Position numbers and translations under genes: made by a program | Assembly: GCA_964016885.1 (NCBI GenBank) | Contig: OZ024740.1 | Span: 326,058,001-326,122,000, forward strand | Source: Eledone cirrhosa | Lineage: Eukaryota | Reading direction: 5' to 3' | Length of the DNA stretch: 64,000 bases | Shown here: positions 1-12,894 of the stretch, in pieces | Layout of the letters: the number at the start of each line of letters is the position of its first letter | Numbering within the stretch: the stretch's first letter is position 1 | Notes under the pieces: model-generated | What the model was told of the DNA's origin: nothing | Database searches by the model: none | What the model saw: only the letters and a program-made list of their open reading frames with translations

Positions 1-1
1 G

Positions 2-532
2 AAGACACAGTCGTCGGTTGTTGTTGTTGAAAAGTAACGGTTGCTGTTGTTGATGAAGTCCTTCAACGGGGGTAGTAGCAGAAGCTACGGTCGTTGGTTT
101 TTGCTGTTGTTCAGCGACAATGGTAGAGGAAGACACGATCCTCGGTTTTTGTTGTTGTTCAGGAACAATGGTAGAAGACACGATCTTCGGTCTTTGTTGT
201 TGTTCCGCAGCAATGGGAGAAGCAGGCATACAGTCCAGGCACTGAAAGGACCAGTTTGTTAGCTGGACCATCTCCCAGAGTCTATCCATCGTAGCAATGT
301 GATGTTTCTTATTTTGGCCTGGGATCTTCCGGAAGCATGTGGCGCATTGAAGGCAGACAGAGATGCGACAGGTTCCACATTCGACCCAACGATTACGGAA
401 CGAGTTTTCGGGTTCCGTACAGATATGGCAGGTGTGATCTTCCGGGCAATGTTCTATTTTTGGACATCGACCAGTTTTGTCGCAAATTTCATCGATGGAT
501 ATCACCATGGCAATTTTGTTATTTCTACCCAT
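2..532 (-). CDS. Partial ORF: PHD/RING-like Cys-rich zinc finger followed by Gln-rich repeats; runs off the window edge
   Basis: Manual translation from ATG at 532 gives MGRNNKIAMV...TCHICTEPENSFRNRWVECGTCRISVCLQC...NWSFQCLDC then (EQQQ[RK]P[KR]IVSSTIV)-type repeats. There is no stop in 177 codons, and the segment is more GC/CpG-rich than its flanks. Confidence 0.65.
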   Translation of the reverse strand, partial: MGRNNKIAMVISIDEICDKTGRCPKIEHCPEDHTCHICTEPENSFRNRWVECGTCRISVCLQCATCFRKIPGQNKKHHIATMDRLWEMVQLTNWSFQCLDCMPASPIAAEQQQRPKIVSSTIVPEQQQKPRIVSSSTIVAEQQQKPTTVASATTPVEGLHQQQQPLLFNNNNRRLCL

Positions 533-1299
533 CCGTAGAAAAACACAGAATGTAAACAATAGAGGTTTAGCGCACTTGATTACGATAGAAATAAAATGTC
601 TGTTTTTTTGTGTATTTTGTTTCCGTTTTCCTAAATGTTGTGTGTGTGTAGAAGAGTCTGTGCATGTAAACAAATAAATATGCTGCGTGAGTTAAATGAA
701 ACGTACTGTAGAAGGCAGTTGTTTATTAACAGCGAATAACGTTTTTTTTTTTTTCTCCCCCTGATACTGCTTCTTTATAGTAAACTTTCAATAATATTTT
801 TTTTTCAAATTATTAACTTTCAGCTGCTAGTATATATATATAATTAAAAGGTGTATGTGGGTTAGAAGCGAAGTCAATGTTAAGAAATATTTTACCAATG
901 TAAATTGGTAAAATTGGCCGGTATAGTGTCTCACACGCAATAGTGTGGTTTCTTTTCACGTGTGTATATGCATATGGTATGTATCTGTATATAAATCTGC
1001 GTTATATTTTTGTTTATGTTTTGTGGAGTACTTACTGCGATCCTTAAGGGATGTAGTGATTTGTTTTGTTTTGTTTTTTTCTTTTTTCCCCGTCCATGTC
1101 CACACGTGGTTCGTTGGCGAAAATCAAGTCAAATTATATATACTTCGTTAAGATAATTCTATCTTGAAACTGGTACTAGTTGTCAGGGAACAGTGAAAGT
1201 AATTGTAATAATGAATATTGTAATCCATCTGACATGTGTTTAAAGGGCAGTTTTTGGTGAAAATATTATATTTTGTTTGGTCAAGACGTGGTCAAGCGA

Positions 1300-1503
1300 C
1301 CTTCCTTGTCGCCATTTTTGAAAGGGTATGTATTATCAAATTTTCTTATCCTCTAGTTGAGCTTGCTCAAAATAAAATCTCTAAAATCTGTTAATTTACT
1401 TTAAATTTTAGTCAAAAGAAGAAAAACCTGAAGAACCAGCTGAGAAAACTGAAGAAACTACTGAAAGTGCAGAATGAATAAAAAATATTTGAAAATTTAT
1501 GGT
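1300..1503 (+). promoter_or_regulatory. Candidate TSS with pyrimidine (TOP/TCT-like) start, YY1 motif and two short exons
   Basis: CCTTCCTT followed by GCCATTTT, donor GG|GTATGT at 1326, acceptor TTTTAG at 1411, GAA-rich exon 1412-1501, donor ATG|GTAATA at 1502. Confidence 0.3.
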
Positions 1504-1607
1504 AATATTGAAGTTTTCAGTCCTATATAGTTAAGACGATGTAGTGTAGTTGTGTGTGTAGTGTGGTGTTGTGTTGTGTGTATGTATATTTCTACCAGTA
1601 ACCCATA

Positions 1608-1690
1608 TACGAGGGTTGAGCGAAAAGTTCATAGGCTGACTATGAAGGAGTAATGCTAGAGCTGTGAAATCTAGCATACATTATTTCGAG
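1608..1690. mobile_element. Mariner-like terminal inverted repeat remnant
   Basis: TA followed by CGAGGGTTGA...AAAAGT; the same start is seen on the mariner remnant at 58491. Confidence 0.45.
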
Positions 1691-1925
1691 CCAGTTACTA
1701 ACTTTGGGGCCCTACAATTCATATCTAAATGGAACCTATTACTAGCTTTGTGAGCCTACATTTCACATCTGGCCTGGGCCTATAGCCAATATTGTGACCC
1801 TACATTTTACATGTCGACTGGGCTTATTACCATCTTTGGGAGCCTATATTTTACATCAAGCCTGAGCCAACTAGTTTTGGCAAACTAGATTTTACATGTG
1901 GACTGGGCTTATTACCAACTTTACA
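1690..1925. repeat. Degenerate ~40-bp minisatellite
   Basis: Recurrent GGGCCTATTAC...TTTG..AGCCTACATTTTACAT units. Confidence 0.6.
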
Positions 1926-2293
1926 CAGGCCTTTATACCAATGACTGTAATGTAAAACATGGATTATTGACTGACACTTTAGTGGAAGAAACAACAAAAA
2001 TATCTAATTACTAAACAGAACTTTTTTACCTTTTGTTACCATATTTTTAATGAAAGCACAGCCTATGGGTTTCGAGTAATTTTGAAAATGTATGTTAGAA
2101 CCAGAGGAGATTTAAGCCAATTTGGTATCAAAAGCTAGATATGCTTCACTACTGTACATACTCATATATAAGCCAAGAAATATGTGACAAAAAAGATGGA
2201 GTTAGCCTATATTTGAAGTCAATATTTTGCCAATTTTCACCAATTTCAAAATTCTATGCAAGTGAGGTGCTAAAATATTTTTGCTTTGTCGAT

Positions 2294-2374
2294 CAATATT
2301 ACACCAGTTTTATTTTGGAGGTAAATATTACACCAGTTTTACTTTGGAGGTAAATATTACACCAGTTTCACTTT
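2294..2374. repeat. 29-bp tandem repeat, about 2.7 copies
   Basis: AATATTACACCAGTTTTA[TC]TTTGGAGGTA repeated. Confidence 0.85.
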
Positions 2375-3677
2375 CAACGCAAAATTTGTATTCCCTAGTT
2401 TTGTTTTGTTTTTGTTTTGAATGAATATGGCCTTCAAAACTGTCAGAAATTGGTAAAAAAATCATTATATAATGGAGTGGTGAAACGAAAATGACACACT
2501 AAACAACACTTGAAACATTTTAAATATCAAAATATCAAAACTTTATAAATATATTCTCCACTTATGAGAATTTCAAAACTACACCATCTAAACATGTTGA
2601 TTACCTGCCTTGGCTTATAAATGGGGTTTGGATTTTTGCCTATTTCTCAAACATAAAATAGGGGTCAGCTTATATTCAAGTATATATGGTAAATATACAA
2701 GATATATTATACATTACACACTAACTCCTTCATTACACTATTTCTGATGAAAGACACATATTTTAAGAATTTTTAAAATAGTCAAGGATTTGGAGTGATT
2801 TAGTAATATAACTCATGTTCCAAGCATCAACTTGATAATATGAACGTAACTTAACAAAGTTTTTTAGTTGAAATTATGGTTGAGGATCTTTAGATAAATA
2901 TAAACACTATAAAACAGTTTAATATCATAGATGCAATTTCGGGTGGGTTGGTATCAAGAGGGTTAAAGTAGTGTTTGGAATATAACGTAACATAAAATTA
3001 TTAATGACTCAGTCTGATTTTCAATGTTGAAGATAATCAAGAATCTGATGACTTTCTCATGATTAAGTTGGTGTTTCAAACCTAACTTAAAGATTCTTCT
3101 GAACAGTTTTGTATTAGAACCGGGAACCAGGGGAGGTTGTATGCAGGTTCGTATGAAAAGGGTTTATGTAGTTTTTGTCTTGTTTTGCAGGCCAAAGACA
3201 CCAGAACTTTCTTGCAGAGAGAAAAAAAATGTATTCCAGTATTCCAGTTTACCATTTTTAAGCCACCTTATTTCCAGCTTTTTTTTTTTTTTTTCTTCTT
3301 CCAAAACACCAAAATACTGTTGCTACTGCTGTTACCATGATACATAGATGTCATGACTACAACCCCCACCCAACCATTCCTTGGCCATTTTTTTTGTACT
3401 ACTGGGCTATTGTTGTTGTCTCTCATATATTTGTAACAACTCCTCTGGCTTGGTTTTAGTAAAATAAAATGAAATAAATAAAATAGAAATATTTATTTCA
3501 ATGGACTTGAACAGCTAACAGTAAAAAACAAAGAAATTTCTAGATGGGAAAATTAGTATTTTTGTTTTTAATTTTTGTATTTTTTGTTTCTTTGGTTTTT
3601 TTTTAACTTGGGTATTTTCCTATAACTGTTGAAATTATTATTGCTGATAGTATTGAAATGTATTATTATTATTAGGA

Positions 3678-3890
3678 TTGTGGAAATGGCAGAATCAGAG
3701 TTGGACAAAATGCTTTGTAATATTTGGTTACAGTTCTTTAAGTTCAAATTATGCCAAAGTCAACTTTGCCTTTCATCTTTCCTGGGTCAATAAAATAAAA
3801 TACCAGTCGTGTACTGGGGTTGATGTAATTGACTTATCAATTCCAAAAAAAATTTCAGGCCTTGTGCCTAAATTAGAAACCATTATTATT
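3678..3890 (+). mobile_element. tRNA-derived SINE (older subfamily)
   Basis: B-box-like AGTTCAAAT, core CTTTGCCTTTCATC...GTCAATAAAAT, and tail GGCCTTGTGCC...AGAAAC(ATT)n. Confidence 0.7.
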
Positions 3891-4556
3891 GTTTCTTTAA
3901 GTTTCATGCAAGTTTTTTTTATTCTATAACCACCAGGAGCACTTATGTACCTGAAGTGTGTGCAGGATTGTGTTAATTTTGTGGAATATAGACTCCTCGT
4001 CTTTGTGTACTGCGTCAGTTTTTTTGTTTTTGTGAGATTTAGCCTATAGTTTCTATCGTGTATGATGTGTGGTCTGTGTAATGAGTTATTTTATTGGGTA
4101 TTAATCTTATAGACTATATTTTGTGAAAGTTATTATATTTTATTACATGCTTATTCTATAGAGTGGATATTGTGTGTGAAGATTGTTCTATTTGAATTAG
4201 TATTATGTCTTTCATTACATTCTGTCACAGATCTATGTGCGTTGGGAATGTGTAGTGTTGTTTTTGATATCATTATTTTCTCTTTAAAAAATCTTGAAAT
4301 GAGTTACAATAACCAAGATTCTTTCAAAACCAACTTGAAATGTAAAACAGTCTGAATAAAACCACAAGTTGTAAAGTTCTGTAGAAATTTTCATATCATT
4401 TTTCTAGATCATATCTGTAACTGTAAATCTGCCACCGATTCTAGTTGGATCCATAGAATAATTATTTAAAATAATCAGCCATTTTTCTTCTTCTATCCCC
4501 TAGTAGTGAAATGATTTCTTCAGATTTTCAAACTAAATAGATTGAAGTTTCTCATC

Positions 4557-4587
<31 letters not shown>

Positions 4588-4777
4588 GTGGGATTGGCAG
4601 TAGCGGTAGAGGGTCGGATGCCATACTTTCCAGCATAGTTACATCCCTTTATGATCTGAGTTCAAATCCCGCCGAGGTTGACTTTGCCTTTCATCCTTAC
4701 GTGGTCGATAAAATAAAGTACCGGTAATGCACTGGGTAATTGCTGGCCTTCTGCCAAAAGTAGAAACAATTATTATT
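4588..4777 (+). mobile_element. tRNA-derived SINE (young family, Meta/MESC-like core)
   Basis: GAGTTCAAATCC B-box and GACTTTGCCTTTCATCCTT...GTCGATAAAAT core; 12-bp direct repeat TTATTGTGGGAT at 4583 and 4773. Confidence 0.85.
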
Positions 4778-6028
4778 GTGGGATATAATTCTTGACAGTC
4801 GAACTTAAACCGTTTCAATTGCAAAAAAAAAAAAAAGTTTGACTGTTAGGCATTATATCATATAATAGTAGTCCATACTTAAGGAAAGTATCGTGTAGAT
4901 ATTAAGCTGAATGATAGTCTTGATAGTTTAAATAACATCCTATTCTCTCTCTCTCTCTCTAATTTCCAGGAACTTTGGATAAAATTTAATATTTTGTTAA
5001 AATATATCGGGATCTTGTGGAATGTTCCAGATATATAGATATAGTTCTGTGATAGAAAGAAAGATGCCAATCATCAGATGAAACCAAGGAAACAATGTTT
5101 CCATAGGTCTTTCCATTGCTGATACTATCTACTGGTTACAACCCCTGGCAGAATGAGCAGCATGAAATAAAATATTTTGCTCAAGAACATGTCATCCAGT
5201 CCAAGAATCAAACCCATGACCTTACGATTTTAAGTCCAACACAACTATTACACTATGACTCTTTACAATTCCTGGTCAGCGCAATGTTTTATTTAGCAAA
5301 ATACTTTTTCACATTTCTCCGTCCGACAGGAGTTGCTACTGGTAGATATCGTGTGTGTGTGTGGCATAATGTCCCTTGTAATACATTGGTTATGCTAATT
5401 AAAGTTTCAATGTACCTATTGTGCTGTATATTGGATGTATGTATATATGTGTATTAAAATGGTAGAATGTATTTAAGAATCGGTCAATTACCCCCCCCCC
5501 CCCCTCCCCTCCTGTTTAGTTTTGATTTAAAATACAATTTTAATGTGAAACAGTGAATCTGTGACTGGAATTTACCCTTATTTTAAAATAGTAGACATGA
5601 AACCTATATCCTTCCCTGCTGCAGTTGATGATACAACCTTAGATTAAACCAGTTTATGTTCAGTTTATTGTTTCAATGGTTTATCTCTTTCTTTACTTAT
5701 ATGTGAATTAGAATTATTAGCTTTTTTTTTCTTACAGGAGAGAAGTCTTGTGGCAATGAAGTCTCTTTAAGATCCACTACATTATTGTCACTTAATATTT
5801 AAGTTTCAACTGTAATATTTATTCCTCTACCGACATTAGTTTGGAGGACATTTTTTTAGTGGTGCTGAGCTCTACAAAGATTTCTTTTAATCCCAGCTAT
5901 CCTATTGGTATTAACATTTGTGATAAACTTTCTTACTCCTTAGTTCACTTCTATAAATATATAAATATATATATATATATATTTGTGAGGGTCATAGGCA
6001 CTGTGCCACTTCTTCCTCCAAACCTACC

Positions 6029-6068
<40 letters not shown>

Positions 6069-6745
6069 GTGAAAACTCTTCTGCCATTTCTGAATGAAGA
6101 TAAACCAAAGCACAAAAACTATTTATTCTAAAATCTCTAGAATTATTATAATTTTTATTGATGATGGTGATTAAGGCCAATACACATAAACAAGGACAAT
6201 GTAAATTGCCACTGTCCTACTTGTATTGTCCTTAATGTTTTCAGCCCTAGTAGCCAAATAAGGAAATTATTATCATTAATCTGCGAAAAATAAGAATAAT
6301 ATTAGGGGAAAAAAAACAACTTTAGATGTTAAATTTATTGGCATTAATGAAGAAATAAAAAAAATAAAAAAATGAATGTTTATAATGGTTCGCATCTAAA
6401 TGGCCCACTATGTATTTCAGCTAATTTCGAAAATAGACAAATTTTTTTTTTTTTTTTTGTCTATTTTAAAATTTGTTTTTAAAACATAGCTTCTTAAAAG
6501 GTTAAGTGAAATTATAATGGACCGTTTTAATTTATGAACACTTTTTTTTTTTTTTAAATCCAAGAACCACGGGTGGACTTGGGCAGGTTGGTATTAAAAA
6601 AAAAAAAATGTAAAGAACTAAAGAAGCATTTAAGAAAAAAAATTTTTTTAATAGTATTTAGTTATTTTAAGAAACCAAATTCTTCAAATAGATATATATA
6701 TATATATATCAATTTATTTATTCTAAAGAGCTTTGGTTTTGCCTC

Positions 6746-6776
<31 letters not shown>

Positions 6777-7381
6777 TTTGAAATGGTTTTCTCTTCCTCT
6801 CATAGTAAGAAAAACCAAAACACACACATACACACATACATATATATATATATATATAAATCACTTTAAAAAACATGCACATACACATTGTTGGTGTAAA
6901 TGTATTTGGTAATTGTAATGTAAGAAATTATTGTTGAATTAATGTCTACTTAATATTTCTGTAATAAACTGTTTGGGGCTCTGATCAAAAGGAGTAGAGC
7001 AACAGTTATTTAATCTAAGTAATGAAAATCCTAACGCATACCAATTAACTCTTAACATCCTGATTTAGTAGAAAATATTTTAAAATGGGTTTGTTAATTA
7101 AAATCTTTATATTATTTTTACAAATGAACAGATTGTTGCAGTCATAAGTGTTATCTTTACTTTTCAAGGTTGTTTTGCTAATGCAATTTCATGTAGTACT
7201 GGATGATAAAAAGCAAAATTAAATAGAAAATTATATTTTTCAGTTACTTTATTTTCTCCTGTGGAAAAACTTGTTTTTGGACTAAAACTATAATTTTAAT
7301 TGGTATTTCTTTATCTAATTTATAAATTATTTTCCGCCTTATGAAATGATCTATTTGCGTGCAATTAAATGTTCAACTAGT

Positions 7382-7414
<33 letters not shown>

Positions 7415-8605
7415 GTTTACATAATAGTGGAAGACAAAGTATATTTCTTAGAGAAAAATGTCTTTTGTGAAATATGAAAATTGTTGCCAAAATAAAATTA
7501 TATATAAAATATATATATTACTGTTTATCTTTTTGTAAAGGTTACTATAAAAGTTGATTGAATAAAATCAGGGATATAACTCCTTGAGATGGAAAAAAAA
7601 AATTGTAGTGGTAACATGGCCTTCCAACAGATGGCAGAGGTGAGGCTTGATTATTGCAGACAATTTTATCTACTTTTTTCTGTCTCAAATGATTATATCT
7701 CCAGTTAACTGTTTTGTATAGATGTATTGTAGTGACCTTTACAAAAAAGTAAAACATACTCTTAAAATGTCAATCTTACTACATGCTCTTTTCATTGTTT
7801 TTATATTATATATCTATATATTCAAACTGGAATTATTATAAATTCATAAATTGATAAATTGATATTTTCTTAAGAAACTTTATCTCAATTTTGTTTAACT
7901 TTGTTTTTATTATAAGTGGAAAGACTTTGGGATAGAACAAACAAAAGTAAAATAAATAACAGGGCTTTCTATAAAGACTTTGGTTTTCTGCTTAGAGCCT
8001 TCATAAGTTTTTAGTCTCTTTGCATTTGTTTTTATTTTTATTATATATATTCCATCTTTCAAATATTTTTACAATTTATTTCTTAATCTTGAATTATTTT
8101 TACTTTTCCTTTTTCCAATTTAGAAATATATAAATATCTATGTACATGTTTATTTTTCTGTATTTTCACAGCTAAGTTTATAATTTAAAATCTGTAGCCA
8201 TATCTACATTATGCATGGAAATATTTGCCTGCAGCATATCAACTCCTTCACATAATTGTATTAACATCTGAGGAAATTACAACGGTGCCAGTTGCTGTTG
8301 TAATGATCACATGACAGCTCCCTACTGGTCTCACTGAAATATGTATTATGCAATAAATATTATGTAACATCTCTTTTAAATTTAATCCATACATTAAATT
8401 TATCTTAGATATTACAAAATGATTTTTACTTGATTATAAATTAAGGACTTAAAAGTTTGACTGAAATTATTTTTATGTGTTATCAAGAATTCTCAAGTGT
8501 GTACACATTTTCACAGCAAGGCCTAAAGTATAAAAAATTTAATTATAAATTGAGGATTTTAGAAATAAATTTGATTGGAATCCTTTTCTTAGACAATTTA
8601 TATTT

Positions 8606-8655
<50 letters not shown>

Positions 8656-11099
8656 TATATATATAATAATCAATTAATCAGTTCCTGATGAGCTAAGTTA
8701 TTGTTTCACTTATTGATCTGCTCAAATATTTAATGATCTCATACTTTCTCAACTGTTCCAGCCCATAAGCTATGGCCATGCTGGGCATTACAATTATTTA
8801 AATTTTTATACATTGCCAATTTAATTTTAGAACTATAATACATTGTACAAGTGGTTCCCAACTTTTTTGCTGGATTGGTAGCAAAAGGGTTAAGGAAGAA
8901 TTTAAGATAACTAACATATGGTTCTTTTATAAGTTTGTTGAAAGATTTAAATAGGAACCCTTTAAAATAGATGGTTTAGTTTCATAGAACAAAAGCTAGT
9001 TTTGGCAGAGCTAATATCAAAAGTTAACAGATCTTTGATTTGTAAATTTAAAGTAGACAAGAATTTGCAATCATCCCATGTCAGTTTAATTTTGGCTTCT
9101 TATGAATAGTTATTCATTGCTTACAAAATACAAAACTTGGGTGTTTTAACTAGTCCCAATAATATTGTAATGGAGTTGACATAATTTTGACATTGTCTGA
9201 TAAATTAAGATTCTAAAATTTTTTAGTCACCATCACTGGACAACAACAAAAAAAAAAAAAAAAAAAGGTAAGGTGGCAAAATTGTTCACGAGTCGAACAG
9301 GGTACCTTCGAGTTCTGTTCATTTTGAGATCAAATCTCGTCTTCTGGCAGGATTTACTTCCAGAAAAACAGTATCAGCAATGGAAAGATCAATGGAAACA
9401 TTGTTTCCTTGATCTGATCTGGCAATCAGCTTTTTTTTTTTTATTTACAAAAGATTTGATATGAATAAATAGAATAAAAATGAACTCAGTTTTGATTAAT
9501 CTTAATATTTTTCTAATGTAATTTACAAATTTTGATAGCTGGCAAATGTTTACTTATTTTTGCTATCTAATCCCATCATTTTAAAATTGTCTAGCAATTT
9601 ATTTATTTAACCCTTTTGTTCCCATATTTCTGTCTGATTTTCAAATAATATTTAGAATAAGGAATTTAGAGATTTAGTAATATAATTTTCTCAATATTAA
9701 GTTGTTTTGGAACATAAAGGTTCTTGAATAATATGATGTAGATATTAAGATAAACACTTTAAAACAGCTCTGTATCAAAAGATTAACAAAACATTCCAGG
9801 AACTTCGTCATCCTTTATTTTCTTTGACATTTTACAAATTATTTTACATCACATCAATAAATCGAAAGTTCTCAAGTGTTCAATTTTCAAGAGTATAATG
9901 GAAGATCTTGAGATCAGTTACCATGTAGATTTTCCTCCCTTAGTAATTATCTACTTATATTTTTCTGGGTCTAAAATTCACTCTTATTTTGAAAAAAAGA
10001 CTTTTATTTGGTATGCAGCAAGATTTTGACATCAAGTTAGAGAATATATTAGACTTTCTAGTGTATAAAGGTGCCTTTATTTTGAAGTAAAAAGTTTTGG
10101 GAGGAAATGTTATAGTAGTATTAAAGTTTTTTTTTTTTTTCCCCAAGTAATTTTGAAAATAAAGAATTGAGGGATTTAATAACATAACTTTTTTTTATTT
10201 AGTGTTTGAAGCATAATACAAGATTCTTACATTGAATTTTGATGGGTTTTAGATAACTATAAACAGTTTAACTATTTTATATTTCTGATTAAAGATATTG
10301 AAAATAACCATGAATTTAGTGAAATGACAAACTTTCTGGTTATTAAGCTGGTGTTTGGAACATAACTTAAAGGTTCTTATATAAACTTATGGGAGGTTTT
10401 TAAATATACAAAACTTTGTATTACAGTATTTATTTAAGTTTGTGGAAAAGTTTAGTAACATTTAAGATTTTATTCAGTGAATAGGAGACGAGCAAATTTT
10501 AACAGAATTCTAGGGTAAAAAAGAGCTGTTTATACAGTAAGATATATTATTTTTAATTGTTATATCTAAAAGATTGTGCTGTTTGTAAATATGAAAGTTT
10601 TGGGTTTCCATTTTAGTAAAAATCAATTCCTCAACCCTTTCATGACCATATTTCTAATGAAATATACTAAATTTCAATTGGTTAATGAAGAATTTTCAGG
10701 GATTAATTAAAATGATTTCATTATCAAGATGACATTTGTAACATAATAAAAGTTTTTGGTATAAAAATTATATTGGAAGGGTTTTGTTTAAAATAGGAAC
10801 CTATTAAAATGGGTGGTTTCGTTTCATGGAACCAGAGGAGGTTTCCGTCAGGTTGGTATCAAAAAAGAGTTGTCTTCAAATAATTTTATTGTTATTTTTC
10901 TTTGAAAAATTCTTCAGTTTTGAACATTTGTTGTAAATGTCCTTATGGAAATATAAATGAAATATTGGATTTATTCAATTCAATTCAACTTTCTGTAGAA
11001 TTGTTGTCTGAAGGTTTTTTTAGCTCTGATGTCTTTTAGTAGACTCATTTGTTATTGAATGGTTCAACCTCAAAATATAGCTTCCTCTCCTTTCCTTGT

Positions 11100-11360
11100 C
11101 CCTTCACTATGATAGTATAAGGATCTAATTTTGTGAACCCTTCACTACAATGGGACCTACATTTTTTTTTTTTTTTTTTTTTTTTTGTTTTAATAACCCT
11201 TCACAATAATATATAAGGACCTACAGTTTTTTTTGTTTTTTAATAAGCCTTCACATTTATGATAGTATAGAGGGGACCTACAGCTTTGCTAACCCTTTTC
11301 CACTACACGAGGATCTAGTTTTTGTTAACCCTTCACAGCTATGTTAATAAGGGGGAACCA
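11100..11360. repeat. Degenerate minisatellite
   Basis: Repeated CCCTTCAC...GGA[CT]CTA...TTTT units. Confidence 0.55.
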
Positions 11361-11434
11361 GTCAACTTGAAACATTGAATTGTTAGAGAAATTGAATCTC
11401 ATTTGTGAATCATTTTTTGTTTCCTGTTTGTATT

Positions 11435-11620
11435 AAAAATATTAGTAGCTATATTTTCTGTTAATATTTTTAAAGTAGCTATATTTTTGGTTGATATTTT
11501 AAAAATAGTAGCTATATTTTCTGTTAATGTTTAAAAGATAGTAAGCTACATTTTCTGCTAATGTTTAAAAGGCAGTCGCCACATTTTCTGTTAATATTTT
11601 AAAAATAGTAGCTATATTTT
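11435..11620. repeat. ~30-bp minisatellite, about 6 copies
   Basis: AAAATAGTAGCTATATTTTCTGTTAATATTTT units. Confidence 0.75.
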
Positions 11621-12539
11621 CAACTGTACCTTGTTACCATTAACATTCTAATGAAATAAATAAAAGTGGCATCTAACAATTCTTTTTATTTATTCATTTG
11701 ATAACATATGTAAAATTATTAATTCTTTTATTGGTTTCGGCCACTAGACTACAGCGATGGTGAAGGAATTTAGTAAATCATATCGATCCCAGTACTTATT
11801 TTTTTTAAGTGTGGTCATAGTGGTTTAACAAAAAAAAATAATAATAATAATAATTTACAGGACAGAAATGAACATGCACATGGGTGGCAGGCTTCCACAC
11901 AGTTTCCATCTACTGAGACTAGATAATAGGATAAGACCAATCTATCATCACATACAACAGAATTCAATGGTTGGAACATGTCGTGAGAATATCGACCTAC
12001 AACCAGCCTATCATGTGTACAACACAAGTATGTCTGACCATACAAGACGAGAGGCTGACCTAGGAGTACAATGGTTCATATACATTACCAGAATGTCATC
12101 CAACCCACCAGGTATATTTGGACACACAAGATCAAAGGCCAACCTAAAAAGAAGTGGATTAGTATCCAGGAAACTCTAACATCACATGGCAACATGCCAA
12201 GACGAGCCTTCCTACGACACCACCAAAGGTACAAGTTGTGGACAGGCCTTACAACTGACTGCTGCTCTTTCTTCCTCCCAATACCTCCAAGGGTACCAGC
12301 TGTAACCGCACACAGAACACATCCCAGAACAACAGTTCTTACTTTGCACAGATAAAAGATAAAGTTTTCTACATCATTTAATCACTATCATTTTTCTAAT
12401 AAAAGACAGTTTCAAATAATTTAAATAATCTAGAATTTGGCGTGATTTAATATAATTAACTTTCCCTGTTAAGTTAGTGTTTGAAACTTATAGGTTCTCG
12501 TGTAAAATTATAATGGAGTTTTTAGTATCACTGTTTTAA

Positions 12540-12732
12540 CCCTTTAGTATTCACGTTTTATATATACTATTATATTTTCATGGTAAAGGCTTTACTGCAC
12601 ATAATTATCTCACATAATATCAAATGAGATTTTGAAAGTATTTATTTTGAGAACAATACCTTAACATCAGTTTGAGCGACCAGTTTCAACAGAAAGGGGT
12701 AGAGAATTCTGGCTGGTTTGAACACTAAAGGG
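12540..12732. mobile_element. piggyBac-type MITE
   Basis: TIR CCCTTTAG/CTAAAGGG flanked by TTAA on both sides; a homologous copy lies at 23649. Confidence 0.75.
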
Positions 12733-12894
12733 TTAAGTTATTTATGCTTACATGGATTAGATAGATTGTCACGTTGGTTGTGCCTCATTCATACATTTCA
12801 TTTTTAGATAAAATATAAATACTTCAAAATAAGTTTTGTATTGTAGAACCAGGGGCAGTTTCAGGTGAGTTGGTATCAAAAGGATTAATAAATA

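Larger units (their letters stand above)
2020..12890 (+). mobile_element. Envelope of at least 8 degenerate copies of a TTAACCCTTT...AAAGGGTTAA non-autonomous DNA element (about 2020, 2740, 2965, 8875, 9608, 10160, 10632, 12390/12830)
   Basis: Recurring blocks CCCTTTTGTTACCATATTTCT, AAGCTGGTGTTTGGAACATAA and TAGAACCAGAGG...GGTTGGTATCAAAAGGGTTAA. Confidence 0.55.

Noticed and set aside
41-677. Plus-strand short ORFs in the track
   Set aside because: They are antisense shadows of the minus-strand PHD-like ORF and have no motifs of their own.
1412-1477. Acidic peptide SKEEKPEEPAEKTEETTESAE* followed by AATAAA, read as a terminal coding exon
   Set aside because: No upstream coding exon was found, and GAA-rich low complexity can produce this; kept only as part of the candidate non-coding unit.
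6170-6236. Long hairpin resembling a pre-miRNA
   Set aside because: It has a large internal loop and TTAA-flanked TIR-like ends, so a MITE remnant is more likely; no recognised seed.
7524-7665. Two-hairpin H/ACA snoRNA-like fold ending in ACA
   Set aside because: The H box is only a poly-A run, the pocket-to-ACA spacing is non-canonical, and G-U-rich stems arise easily by chance.
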